Of a stretch of DNA of 64,000 nucleotides, positions 13,341 through 27,600 are shown in pieces (the stretch's first letter is position 1; every line of letters begins with the position of its first letter). Both the position numbers and the translations under genes were made by a program. This DNA comes from Tubiluchus corallicola (lineage: Eukaryota; Animalia; Priapulida). A model generated the notes under the pieces. The model saw only the letters and a program-made list of their open reading frames with translations. It ran no database searches and was not told the origin of the DNA. Location: positions 186,001 through 250,000 of the forward strand of contig JAQGDQ010000048.1 in NCBI GenBank assembly GCA_030141605.1, read 5' to 3'.

Positions 13341-13580
13341 CTACTTTTTGCTTGCGAACACGGCAGGCATATAGGTAGATCCAGTCCATGGTTGCAAGCA
13401 AACTTTTTGCTCGAAGAGAATTGAAAATTTTTAGGAAGTAAATTCTGAGTAGCTTTCATTTCAAATATATATTCTGTCCATTAAAGTCCGTTTTTTTGGA
13501 TTATTTAATCTGTGTTGTGTCCATGTGAGGGTTTCATGTCTGTGCAGCCCTAGACAGTCGCCTTTGACAATATGCCGCGC

Positions 13581-13623
13581 TGATAACGACACGTAGGCAT
13601 GACGTCACTGCAACAATTATAAA
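13581..13623 (+). promoter_or_regulatory. Myohemerythrin core promoter: GATA site, HRE, CRE and TATA box
   Basis: TGATAA 13581-86; CACGTA (=TACGTG on -) 13590-95; TGACGTCA 13600-07; TATAAA 13618-23; ATG at 13696. Confidence 0.7.
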
Positions 13624-13695
13624 GGTCAGCATCACGTTTTAATTGCTTTACATTCGCGAAGACGTCTCGCAGATATCCTTCGAAAGTGCAGAAAA

Positions 13696-16600
13696 ATGGG
13701 TTTTCCAATTCCAGAGCCATTTTGCTGGGATGAGAGCTTTAAAGTTTTCGTAAGTTGTGAATTCTATTTACAGTTTACGCCGAGCCTGTATCACACGGAG
13801 CTTGATTAGTGTAATTTTTTTGAAGAAAAATATAATTATCTCGTTATAATGATATAGCTATCTCAACGTACCACGGCATTGTAACGATTTAATACCTCCA
13901 TTATAACAACATATATAGTTATCTCGTTATAATGAAGTAGTATCTCGTTATAATGACATAAAGATAACTTGTTATAACGACTTATAACAAGATACCGCCT
14001 CATTAAAACAATATACTACCTCGTTATCGCGACTATCTAACTAACGCACTTGACCTCAATTAAAGTTATTAAAGTTTATGCATTAATAACTCCTTTGTCA
14101 GTTTTTTTACGCACAAGAATTTCAGCATTTTACATTCAAAAGTATAATTATAAGGATTAGACATACAAGAATCGTTAAATAACAATTTATTTACCTTGGT
14201 GTTAGTTACCGATAATGACACGTTCCTGAAAGCACTAATTCTCTCATTTTTCTAAAATACATCAGAAAACTAAAGCCTAACATTTAACTGTTTTGAGATA
14301 TAAATCAACACACTTGTAAGCTAAAAACATGTCAGCTGAACATTTTCGCCGTTGACTCGGCCTCTAACACAGTGCTTTTGCACTCCAGGCATAGCCACAT
14401 ATTCACGTATAACGCAACCATAACAAAACTTTTGATTTAATTAATTGGGGGTTAGTTGATAAGAATAAACTAACGTCAGCACGTAGCAATATTGGGCGAA
14501 GACTTGGGATAGAATCTTCGGACAACTTGGGAGTGAGTGGATCTTCGCTATAACAAGATAATTATGTTTTTCTTCTCAAAATAAAATTGACACTGAGCTC
14601 TGAAGTATCTAATGTAAAATCTTAGAGCTGAAAAATCCCGCTCTTTAAATGGGAAAGATGCTGTGTAGTTTGTCTTTCGTTTTTGTGCTGTTCAACGCTC
14701 TGTAAAATGGTTATGGTGGGACTGAGATCAAAATTTAGCTCATTTTATAGGATCTGAAACGAGGCACTGAACCGACAGAGTTCACTTAGGCACATTAAGA
14801 TGCGTCTAAACAAGTAAAGTAACTTGGTCAGTATTGCTAAAATCAGTTTTTTCGGCAGTCGTTCATCTGTAGACTAACCAGGTTCGGCGCTGCTTAATTT
14901 CATAGCTAAACACGCATCGTGAGCACTGAATACTAAGTTGTTCAGGTCACACTTACTATTGACGAACAGCTTAGACGTAGAGTAACGGAGTGGGACTAAT
15001 ACCAATCTCGTTGTACTCTTATTAACGGTATTTCAGCCATTTAATAAAAGTTGATTTTACTAACATGAGGGTCCTCGTCGTGTCAGAGTGACATTCAAAG
15101 TGGTCATTCTTACACGTCAGGCCTCACCGATAATATAAGTGTCGTTTGTTTAGACTATCTGGCATTCCCGAAAGAAGCAAAGCTGTGCAGCAAAAGTAGT
15201 TTTACGTGCAGATAATTTTGGCCTGCTGGTAAGACGGGATTTGTGCCACTCCAGAATTATGCAAGTTAAATTGCCACGCAAAGCCGTCATTCATGCAAGT
15301 TTAGGCTATTGGGAAAGCGTGTTACTCATATACTTTCGCGACGAATTATCGGGTGCGTCCGATAGTCTAAACAGGGCTTAAGCTAAACTCTGTTAGTACA
15401 TAATACCATGTACTAGGTCAGTACGCAGCCATTCGACAGGTGGCACTTTAAAAGTAGCGGATATTATATTCTCTTGTGACCTGTCTCGTGATATTAACTA
15501 AACTTTTCTGCGTTTGTGGCACCTTTTCTGTGTTGCGTATAAAAATAACAAAATTATTAAAGTTGTCTTTCAAAAGTACTGTTTTGTTACTTTAGCTACA
15601 TAATACCTCTCGCTATTTACGTGTAGAATGGATATGCAGTACTTGTCGCATGCGGTTTCTGACATTAATTGCTATAATTTAAATAGGTTTGATTTTGCCT
15701 ACGACAATCGCACTGCCTACGATAAAGCAGTTATGTACTGTATTTTAAATTTCATGTTACATTTCCTTTAAACATTTCAAGGTTAGTTTATTTCGTTCGC
15801 CTTGTATTAATTCAGTAGGGCCTGTCAAAGTGTATTAATGATCAATAAACCATTACAATTAACTAACTAACTAATTGTCCAATTAATATTTTTTCCAAAA
15901 AACGAAATAATAAAAACGCTACTCGTAAAATGCAAAATGTGCGATGGTAGAACATTTTTCTTAATGTTTCAGTACGATAAACTAGATGAACAACACAAGC
16001 AACTGTTCAAAGGCCTCTACGATGTAAACAAAGATCCTGGCAATGCCAATAAAGTAAGAGAACTCAAAGACAGCGTTATTGAGCACTTCAATACCGAAGA
16101 GGTATGTTGTAAATAAATGTTATTACCGCTTTAAACAGTTTTAAATTACCCCCAATTTCGATACCTTCACTTCACCTTAATATACGCCGAGGATATCAAA
16201 TTACCTACACTGTTTTACATATGCGATCGAGCTCCCTAAGTGCCTGTGGTGTGCTAAAAGTACATAGACGCCAAAAGCGCCAGGTTGTCAACCCATCTTA
16301 GCAAGTGTTGCAGCGAGAAAATAGGATGCGAAGTTAGGAGCCATTCTTCTGATGTGTGTTGTTAATTTGACCAGTCTAAGTGCATACACAGATTTTATAG
16401 TGAAAATTTTTTGTGGCTGTATGAATGCGTATGTATGTTTTACACTAAAATTCGTTTTATACTTTTAGTATAGTTTAGCAAAAAATTGCGTGCTCTTAAA
16501 ATCACCGAATTTCAGAAATTAATGCAGAAGTGTAAATACGAGGATTATGTGACTCACAAGACGTATCACGATGATTTTGTTGAAAAGCTAGGTGGACTAA

Positions 16601-19600
16601 CTTTACCAGTTCCGGAAGACGCTATCAAGTGGGCTAAAAGCTGGTGAGTGCTCATTAATATATGTAATAGTATCCTCCATTTCCAGATTCGTCGTCCATT
16701 CTCCCCCCTCGCTCTTTCTCTCTCTCTCTCATTCGCGCTCTCTCTTTCTGTCTCTCGCTCTCTTTTCTTTCACTCTCTATTACATCAAGCTTTAAAAGAA
16801 AGCAAGTGTTTAGAAACACAAGCAGAGGAAGAAAATCTTACAAATATCCCAACGACTAAAAATTACTGTAAGTGAAAATTTGTGCCCCTCTGTCGGAAGA
16901 AATATCTGTAGACTAAGTCCGCCAGGCCCAGTCCCCGGTTACTTTCCAGCCCTGCGGCCCTTGCCCAGAAGCTAAATTTATGTCTTTCGTTCGTCAACGT
17001 TCTCTGTAAATAGAATATTGTGCACAGCCTAGTGACATCTACTGACGAAAAGGATTAGCGTCGCATTAGGACCTATACAGCAATCAACTACACATGCCCG
17101 TAGCAAAACACTTAAAATTAATGGGAACACCATTACTGAAACTACGAACACAAAATTGTTGGTAATAATTGTAGATAACAAATTAAAATGGAATCTTCAA
17201 TTGGAAAAGTATTCCTTAAGATGTCAGCTAGCATTACATACTTGCGACAAGTTAAAGGACAACTAAATTCTAAAACCAAACTGCATATATACAAAGCTTT
17301 TGTTCTACCGCATTATACCTACGCTTGCAATTTATACAATAATGCTGAAACGCAAACTTCGAACAAAATAAATACTTTTCAAAATTATGCCCTAAGACTC
17401 ATTACTGGTATCAGTAATAAAAACGCCTATGTGCTTTTAAAAAATGAATAAGCAAGTCAGTCAATCAAGAAAACTTTAAGAATACCAATAATCCAATTAC
17501 ACCCGAAATTTCACACCATGGTTTTCTTCTACAAATACACAAATAACATTAACATAGTGTTCTTAAGCAGCAAACTACCTCTGCTTCTAAAAATAGAGAA
17601 AAACAACAGGACTAACAATATTGGACAAATTACCACTAAAAATAAATATGGCCACGATAGAATAGATAAGACAGTAATAACCATTTGGAATAATCAATTA
17701 TTTAGCGAAAAACAAGAATCCACATTAAAAAATGATAAGAAAAGGTTAAAAAAGAGACTAATGACAACCTACGCAATACCCCAAAATATAAATGATTTTG
17801 ATAGTCTGTTGACAATTCTTATATTTTTCCACGACCATGTATTTAATAGCCCGAAATGCCTAAAATAGACATCATCTGCTTATCTACGACATTACAATTA
17901 TGACATAGAATATTGTTCATTTTATACATGATAAAAAGTAACCAATTTTGCCATATTCATCTTTTTAGTATTCTCTTAATTCTGTAAATATGTAAATTTT
18001 GTACATAACCTGTGTTTAGAAGTTTTATAAGTTAATAATAATTTTATAATGTTGTAGTTCTTTTCTTCATAGTATTAGTTGTAGTTGACGCTATTGCCAA
18101 TATTCACTTAAGTCGCATACACAGTATATGATCGACTGGTATGCTACCTCCGAGACGCAGTATACATTACTTATGTGCAATGTATTTTTTCACTTCGTAT
18201 ATAAGTTTTATTTGGCAAATAAAGACTTTATCCATCTATCTATACCCTAATGCTCCATTTTAATTAGGACATATGACGATATAATCTAAGAAAGGACGAA
18301 AGCTTCTTTAGGGCAACTTCACGGAAGCAGGCTATACCTATCTAGAACATCTTTTTGAAATACCTCACTGACCTTGTCGAACCATGGGCGCCAAATTGAT
18401 ATTAAATTTTACTAAAAAATTTCTTGTATAAATTTCGCAGCTATGTTCTGATAGCTATAATAAATCAATAATTACGTAAATCATAAATTAAGTAATATAT
18501 TACACCCAATGATGAATGTTAGTAGAGGCACCGTAATACTTAGCATAATTCATTACCCTAGAAATCGACTGTTATATCCGCCTCTTCACGTCATCGTATG
18601 TACGTCTCCGTCATGCTTTATTTACGAAATGAAGTCGATGTAGCAAATGATCGTACTTCTGCCTTGATGAAGCTCATCAAGACAACACATTACTCGCAAA
18701 TCGTGCAGATTACAATGAAGCACGTGTATCGGGTTGTGCACGATAAGTTCTGACTAATAAATGCAAGTAAATTATTCGCATTCTCCGGACATTATGAAAA
18801 GAACTAGAACACCTAGCCTAAGCTTAAGCCTTGCCCAAACTAGTTTCGTTAGTTAAATCGAAGACACAGCACATTGATTAATCTACCTTGTGATGCGCAC
18901 GTATGCATGCTTACGAGAACCTATACCTCGTTTGCTCAGCGAATTCACGCGAAAAAGTTTTGCTTTCTGTCGTAAGTAGGTGTTCAATTTACACGTAAGC
19001 AGGTGTTGCGACTAGTGCAGATGGGGCAGGCCTGACTAAATGTAAGGTAGTCACTGGAGATTCCTTGGCCGAGCAATAAGTTTACATAAAATTTTACTTT
19101 AAAGAGGGATCTGCCGACCAACTTCAGATAGTGGCTTCGCAGCAAGGGTAGTCTACGGGGGGGGGGGCGCTACCACTTCAAGATGGTATTGCTTCTTGTG
19201 GGATTCTGTATTAACACTTGTCGGTTAATCGTATTAAATGCAACAGGACAAGATGCAACAATAATAATTATAGTATATTGTAATCACGTTTAATGACAAA
19301 ACATTAGGCACGAAAATCAAACCGATGAAATATGTCATTAAAGCACAATACATCGAAACAAAACATTGGCAAAAATTTCCGAAAAAGTTATTGGGCAAAA
19401 GCGAAAACAAAATTAAGCAATAGCACCAAAAATAAACAGTGTTCATTATTAAACATATTATAATGACTTGGTAATATTTCCATTGGAACATAAACTAAAC
19501 TAACCGTAGCAAATGTTCGTCTAAGGGCTTATCCTAACTACCACCCACCCCTGGGGAAATGCTAGCAAGTTAACGAGTTAAGAGTAGCATTCAGGGCTGT

Positions 19601-21227
19601 GACGTCACGTGTAAATTAGCAGCATCCGGAAACATTTCGTGGCTAATCCTCATGCATAATTTCAATGTCTGGCATGACTTCAGCTCGTGTAGGATCACGT
19701 TTATATTGAACATTTATCAATTGTGAATACCATTAGTCCATCTGTACCCATGACACGCTGCATAGTAACGGCAAACAATAAATCAACTTACAGATCGGTA
19801 TCCCGTGGGATAGTCTGAAGCTCTAGATACCTCTTGCTGGCCTTAAATAAACAAGAGAACTGTCGTGGTGTCCTTCTCGTCTATCGCTCAACCGGTAGTC
19901 CTCCAGCCACAAGTACTATCACCATAACATCGGGTGCTTGAGAGTCCATTAACTGTCCAAAATCATCACCCATCAACTATGACAGCAGTAATCAAAAGTA
20001 GTAAAATGGACAAACATTGTCGTTCGAAAGTTCAGCAAAACTGCCATTACGAAAAGTCTGACCTATGTAATGTTTTCAGGTCCAGTACCAAAGCTCAACT
20101 GTTTTCTACCTTATACACCTGTATCGTGACGAGTTTTCTGGGTCACCTCTCCGCATTCAAAAGTTGATCAGACGGCTTCATATCGCGCACAAAATTGAAT
20201 GCTACAAACCAACCCGCAGAACTTAAATTCCTAAATCTTGGGTTTAAAGGGCAACTGAACCATTTTTAATACTTGTTTTCAGGTTTAGTTGATAATATGA
20301 CAATAGCTTGGTTGTCATATTAATTATTATTATTGATAACACCATCATTACATTATTTCTCATCAGACTTTCTGGGGGAAAATAAACAGTATGTTACAGC
20401 AGGTTTTGGTGAATCGCGCATAAGCCTTGCGTCAGGAAATATCTCTGTACTGTTCGGATTTTTCGCCGTTGACAAACAATCATAGGGCTATGTACCCACC
20501 GTGGCTTGGCATTTGCGACAGAGAAAACGGATCATGGCCTCATAGGCTGTTAGACCCTCATAACAGACTAACTAAGTTACTAACTATAACAAATTCTAAA
20601 TAGTAGAATGCCGTACATTATAAGCATGCAACTTAAAAATAAACAGGACGATTTTCCAGATCCTATCTCATTTTGTAATATTTTCTAAAATATATATTTT
20701 ATTATTGAATGTGAAAGCCACTATAAGGTCTGTACTCAAGTAACTTGAACTGCATCCCCATTATTCTACCTACATATTTACCCTTGCCTAATCGTGCGTA
20801 TTATGATTTTGTTTTCTCTTCCTTGCATATTTGATTATTTCATATCGGTATATTTCCTGCATGTGTTGCGGTTTGGAAATCGCGTTTTACATTTTGTTAT
20901 TTTCTTAATTAAAATATAATACTCACATTTGTATGTGAGCTTATGTGACTTTGAAGACGAGCTTTTAAATAATTTTAGCTCTTGACAATTCTTATTTGTA
21001 TATATAGGCAGGACGCACCAGCTTGTTTTTATTTGTAAATAACAAACAAAAAACTGGACTATAGGTACTGTTTCATGGGCTAGAAACTACAGTTACGCAA
21101 TGACAGTAAGTGCAAACAATAATAAACCCGCATTTACTGGTATTTTTATTAACGAACAGTCATTCGCTATTTCAGGTTAGTGAATCATATCAAAGAAGTC
21201 GATTTCAAATACAAGGGGAAATTATAA
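13696..21227 (+). CDS. myoHr: Myohemerythrin (non-haem di-iron O2-binding protein), 120 aa, 4 exons
   Basis: Exons 13696-13749, 15973-16101, 16516-16643, 21176-21227, all GT-AG, phases 0,0,2. Protein [120 protein letters not shown]. Ligands H26, H56, E60, H75, H79, H108, D113 present; myo-type long C/D loop. Confidence 0.97.
13793..14605. mobile_element. Non-autonomous DNA element with tatctcgttataa subrepeats, in hemerythrin intron 1
   Basis: Left end ...gaagaaaaatataattatctcgttataa is an imperfect inverted repeat of right end ctataacaagataattatgtttttcttctc...; tatctcgttataa repeated across 13838-14030. Confidence 0.6.
17100..18245 (+). mobile_element. Decayed L2/Crack-like LINE 3' end, in hemerythrin intron 3
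   Basis: TKLLVIIVDNKLKW, KLHIYKAFVLPHYTYACNLY, FQNYALRLIT; tail aataaagactttatccatctatctat. Confidence 0.85.
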
Positions 21228-21913
21228 GAACTTGTTAGACCACTTCAACAAGACGTACATCGTAAGTGGAAGCTGTAATGCAGCATGGTATCTTGATCAA
21301 GTCTTCAACCTTGATTAGTATTTGCAAACATAATTTCAACAGGTTTTTGCTGAGACTGAACGCGATTTCTTTATAAAATACATTTAATGTTAATTGCATC
21401 TTTTTGTTTGATGAATGTAAATTCCTTTTTTCATGTAGTACAGGATGCTCATACAAAAACAAACCAATCCATAAGTAACACAGAGGAAGCCTAATACAGA
21501 AAGAAAACAGGGAATGCACTGCAACGTGCTTTATCCCAAGTTGACAACTGCATGTTTAAGTTGTGAGAAGAGAAATTTTATTTAATGGACAGTTGCTGCC
21601 ACCATTCACATAAAAACAATGATTAACAAGAGAGCATGAAATATCAAATCTGAATTTAATTCTGTAACACTGTAAAACACATACAACAAAGAATAGAAGA
21701 ATACATTCACAACAATAACAAGTCTATTATAGACAGTAGTAATTAAGTATTAAAATAAATAACACACGAATATGTAATAAAAAACAGTTGTAACAAATAT
21801 TAACAATAAAAACAATGCCATCACTCCAATTTATAGATCCAATTTATAGATGCATATGCAAATAAGGGCCTCAGATTTGTCTTTAGTATTTAAGATAAAA
21901 TGATCGTGGAAAG

Positions 21914-22056
<143 letters not shown>

Positions 22057-22714
22057 AGCATTAAATAGCAATTTCAAAAACCATACTCTACCTAAATATT
22101 TTGTACCATAGTTTATCTATGGGACCAAAGTAGATCATATATATAAGTCTTGTAAATCTTGTAAATCCAGCAACACATGACATACAAAGTACAAGAATAA
22201 CATTTTGGTTCAATAAAATATGGTACATACCACAGAATGCTGTCTGGTTCCAAGATACAACTACAGTAAAACAGGTAAAGTTGTAACACGGTCATTGTTC
22301 TTTCCATTATTCTAACAAATAAGCAGAAATGATTATCTGTCTACCTCCCTTTCAACGTTGACTATTCAATGAATAAGCTGCTAATAAAAAAGCGGTTGGC
22401 AGAGATAAGCAAAGTAGAAATGCTGATGAAAACAAAATGTAATAATATTACCAGAATTAATAAATACAAAGTAAATATGGACTTTTACTACACTAAGTTA
22501 AGACTTAAAAAACTTAAAAAAAAATCTAGTTGTCAACTAAACATCAGTTCTTAGTTCTCAGCTTCAGTGTGCTGATTCTGGGTTCCAGTCTTCCCAATGT
22601 TCTAGTTAAAAAGATCCAGACCCAGAGTTACCAATGAACAACTCAGAAAAAGTCAGACAATCACTTCCAAAATTACAGAAATTAAGCACTCAACAGCAAT
22701 AAAAACCAGTCAGT

Positions 22715-24610
22715 TCAATTGATAAACACACGAAGAAATCTATTGTAGTCAACAGACCCTAGCAGATCTCTGTCATAGAATGAAACTACATGATAAAACT
22801 CATCATTGCTATAGTTAATGTCAAACTGTTGCAAAATACGGCGGAAATCTCCAATCTTAACACGTCCAGTATTCATCGGATCAGCAGTTAAGCACTTTCG
22901 CCGGATAGAATTCCAGTTATCAGCAATGCGAGTGTGGTAACGCAACATCGCTTTGGAGAAGTCGGTCTGTACATCTCCAATTGCATCAAAATTGACATCC
23001 TAAAGATATAAAAATAAGTGCTATAAGCAGCAGTTATTTAAAATAAACGATTAGATCCATCAATTCTAGCTTTGCACCGCTTAAATGTTGTGCTATGGCC
23101 AGTTAAATTTTGCATAGTTTCATCTTTCTCTTGAATGTAAATGGTGCCAATTGGCGGTGTGATTTTACAAAAATAATTCATGCTTACATTGTCTTACAAG
23201 TCTGCATAGCTCGGTGGCAAAGCATGCAAGTTTTAATATTACAGTCGGTGTTCAAGTTTTGATTAACACACAGTTGTTTAACATAAACTGCCAAGTTTAT
23301 TAGCTCTAATCTTTCACAATTAAGATTCATTATTTAAAGGATTCACACTGTTAGTTTGATTTACTGCCAGTTGAAACATTACCTCATAGTGGGGCAAGCA
23401 AACAACAACCAGCTGATATAAGACTGAAACATTGTTTATATAAACTGCATTTTAAACATGTACTCCCACTTTAAATTTAGGCAACAACCTTGAATTTTAT
23501 CATTAGATAGGTGACTTCAGTAGTTGAGCTGGTTATTGTTGACTGCTGAGCCACTTGTAATTGGTTTTTTCTTCTCGTGCACATAATCCTGGCTCTGTGA
23601 GACATGCTACACCTCACAAATCAAGTTAGCATCATGGTTATCACTTGATCGCATTTCACTTAACTACTAGCAGTTCCAAGAAATACGAGCTATAAGGATT
23701 AGACTGTATATCTAATCAGGAACATTAAGTAGGAGGTATATGAAATAAACTGCTTAAGTTAAGCACAAATGGATCAGGAACTAGCAGGCTAAATAATAAG
23801 ACTTCAGTGATTTTCATTACGGTGATTGCAAATTATATCCTAGGGCCTTAACAGGACTTCAAGATCTAAGAGATAATAGAAAATCCACATAAAGGGATCT
23901 AGACAAGATCCTGATCTAAGTTGATTGTATACCTATTAAAAGTATAACAGCTTAACTTATTTTTTGGAAGATTTCAACAAAAAAATACGTAACTTTCAAA
24001 ATAAACTTCTTCAACACTTTTTAGCATTATTTCAATTATGTCAAGCCAAATGCTCATTTACAGATATCAAAAATATCAGACCAGATGAATGATTAATCTT
24101 GAATTAATGATGGAATTAAGAGAGTTAATAAAACAAATTGACAGAACAAATGGCTGAACGAAAAATGCTATGACACAGCCTGTAAATTAGCCAAGATTAA
24201 AATAATAATAAAGTGTTAAGTAAGTCATAAATAGCAGTTTACGTGAATGAATGAAAGATAGAAAGGCAAGCCAAGCAGGATGATCCATAATGCCAAAAAA
24301 AGTTTAGCAATTTATCCAAACAGAAGGCAGCATATTGAGAATGGCTAAACAAATTGCACAAAACCAAAAGACCAACAGAGAGTAACATACTACTCAAATA
24401 TACTGACTAGACATGAGCACAAGATGAAAAATCAACCTGAACAAAATGATTGAGTTTGAGTAAGTGGTTAAAGGTTAAACCAGGCATATCAAACAAATCA
24501 TATAGCTGCAAGCATGCAATAGCTAATAAATTAGGCAATTCTGTAGTGTAAATTATATAAAAAACAATATTTCAAAATCATGGAATGCAAAATGTAGAAT
24601 ATTTTGAGGT

Positions 24611-24666
<56 letters not shown>

Positions 24667-27600
24667 TTTTTTTCCTTCAAATTATATGAAATTAACAACA
24701 ATAACTTCCACTAGATATAATGAAACAGTCACAATGAAATCCTGGCAAACTAAGAATTAGGAACTGAAAGTCGAAACCTCAGGATCAAAGCAAAATGAAA
24801 TTAAAGAAGAATCTGTTCTTCTGCATCTTTAGTTAAAGAATCCACATTGTCTGGTTAAATTTTAATTCATAGTGTTAAATTAGGCACATTTTAGTACATC
24901 ATGCAGTTAAGTGAACACAACTAAATGCAATAAATAGTATTTCTTCAAACCAAAGATTTAATTAATTAATTAATTTCTTCTTTTTTGTGCATTTATTTCA
25001 CACATTTCTCTGTATCTCTCTATAATAACTTTGCAAACAAAAAATTAGAATGCGATAGTGGCCATTTGTTCTTGTTACACAAAACTGATACGCTGTGTAC
25101 AAAAATTGTGTTTGCAGTTCCTTGCTTCTTGATGCATTCTCTCCTACAGGGTTTTTTATGTTAAAGCTACCACTTGATTTATGCTCTCTATCATTTTTTG
25201 TATGGGATACAAATATTTAACGGATACACATTTCTACAATGGAAACTATCGGACACAAAAAATCTGTTTCTGTGCAGGACTTTGCTTGTGAACATGGGAA
25301 AACTAACACAAACAAATCATAAAAGAACTTTGTACATGTACCAGAATTTGAAAAAGTTGTGTAACATGTGTTCAAAATAATATTTTCACATTGCACACTA
25401 ACTGATTAGCACCTGGCAGTTTCCATTACAGACGTGTGTTTGGTCATAAGTTGTAAATAGCAACAGAAAGATCACACATAATACATTAAATCATTCAGTT
25501 TAGCCAAAATTTTTACCTCTGATTTATTACACAGCATTTTCAGTTTATGACTTTCTGGGATCATTTTCTTATTATTGAGTACTATGTGGCGTACAAGATT
25601 GCAGTAATGAACTCGGCCCTTTTCCAAAGCATCATGCTTGTATAATAAAGAATGCCACTCATTCACCGAAGCCTTTACATCAAATTTTTCCATTATTTCT
25701 GGAAAAAAACAAAAATAAATTTGGTAAATGTTACCTATGCAGACATAGCAAATGCTGACTTTTTCCTTGTCACTATGAAAGTCTTGCCCACTGAAATGCA
25801 CTATAATTTAACCTTGTTATAAATAAACAAAACACCAACAATTACAGGAATCAACAAACAAACAAACTAATGAGTGACAAAATGCCCAATTAGCTTAGAA
25901 AAATAAAAAAAAGAAAAAATACAAAAAAAATGAAAGGATAAATGACTACATGAATGCATGAATGAATGAATGAATGAATGAGTGAGTAAATGAATAAATA
26001 AAAGGATGAAAAAATGAGTAAATGAATGAACAAACGAACAAACAAACGAATGAATGAGGAGCAAATAACTAAAAACTTTTCAAAGGAAAGCTACATTCAG
26101 TATCATTAGATGGTTACCAATTTACCTGCAAACTTTATCAGAGACAAAGTACTTTTGTCATCTGTATCAGCTCTTCGACAAACTTTGTAGACTTTCTTCC
26201 AACCTGACAAAAGAAAAAAACATCTGTGATCCAACTTAAAATATGCTGCAATTATAATTTGCCAAAAATCGTTGATACTTATTTAGTGCCAACTTTTGAT
26301 GCTATTGCATATCCATTGACCCAATTGGACAGACGTTCAAACAAATCAACTTATATTTGCATTGTCTGCCAAATTATGAGTACACTAGTAGCTGGTTAAA
26401 CAATGCTATGTCACGCACAGAAAAGCTTGGCAATCTGCCAACACACCTAAAAATTTCACTGGCAATAGGCTGAATGCTCGCATATGCAACTTGACAATGA
26501 TGACATGACACGATACTTTATGATTTTAAGCACAACAAGCATTTATGATGTCACATGCCAGCTACGAGTTACCTCATACTGGCAATTGAGAAAAAAACTA
26601 GGATAATGGTAGGCAAAGTGTTAAAATAATTTGTAGTAATTGGTCATAATTAGTCTTTAGACATGTGTTCCCATTTTCACCTTTCTACCATAGCCCATGC
26701 ACAGTGAGTGGCTATTAATTTGGCTTGGTTTGGGCAAATTGCATAAAAATATAACATCAATAGTATGTATTTATCCAATTCAATGCCTTGCAAAAATCAT
26801 AATCTGAGCACAGAAGTTAACAAGTTTGTGTTTATGATTATGGCAATTGTTGTATCTGTATTGGGCAAACGTAAATTATAAAGAATACAAATCCACATTA
26901 CAGAAGAATTGAAGAGAAAGTAATAAAATATGCAAATCAACGTGACAAAAAATATTTTTGTACATAAGAAAACCCAGATACTTGTTCAGAGTAGTATTTA
27001 GCAAATAGTTACGTGTGAACAATGTTTCTCTTTTACGTATGTATCATACATTAACAGCATATATATACAGTTACGATATAATTGACTTTAATCCAGAAAC
27101 GATGGAGTGTATTTGCCGCTTAATAAAACTAAGTTTTCAATCATCAAACAAAAACCGTATTATAAATCACTGATATTGCTGGAAGCATCCCTCACTTTTA
27201 TTCATCAACATGTGCAGTTGCTTGTTCAATATATCGATCACAGCCTATAAAGAGAATTTTTTTCTATATCATTACAGAATAAAATGTGTGAATAATATAG
27301 ATATAATTGTCATAAAAGCTGTAGAGATGAGCTGCAGTCAAAATATGAATTGAATGTTTGTTCAAAGACTGTATTAATGTGAAGCAGCTGCAATAGATTA
27401 ATTATTGTTTTTGCACACTATTGATATATCAGTCTTTTACATAAAAAGATATTAACTGGACTTCAAATCAGAAATGGTGTATTTTATAACTTGTATTCAG
27501 AAATTACAAATTTTATTTTTCTGTCAAAGTAGTTATCAGAAAATTTATCACTTTCATCAAACTAAACTTCCAGAAAGAAATGCATCGTATTACATTTCTG

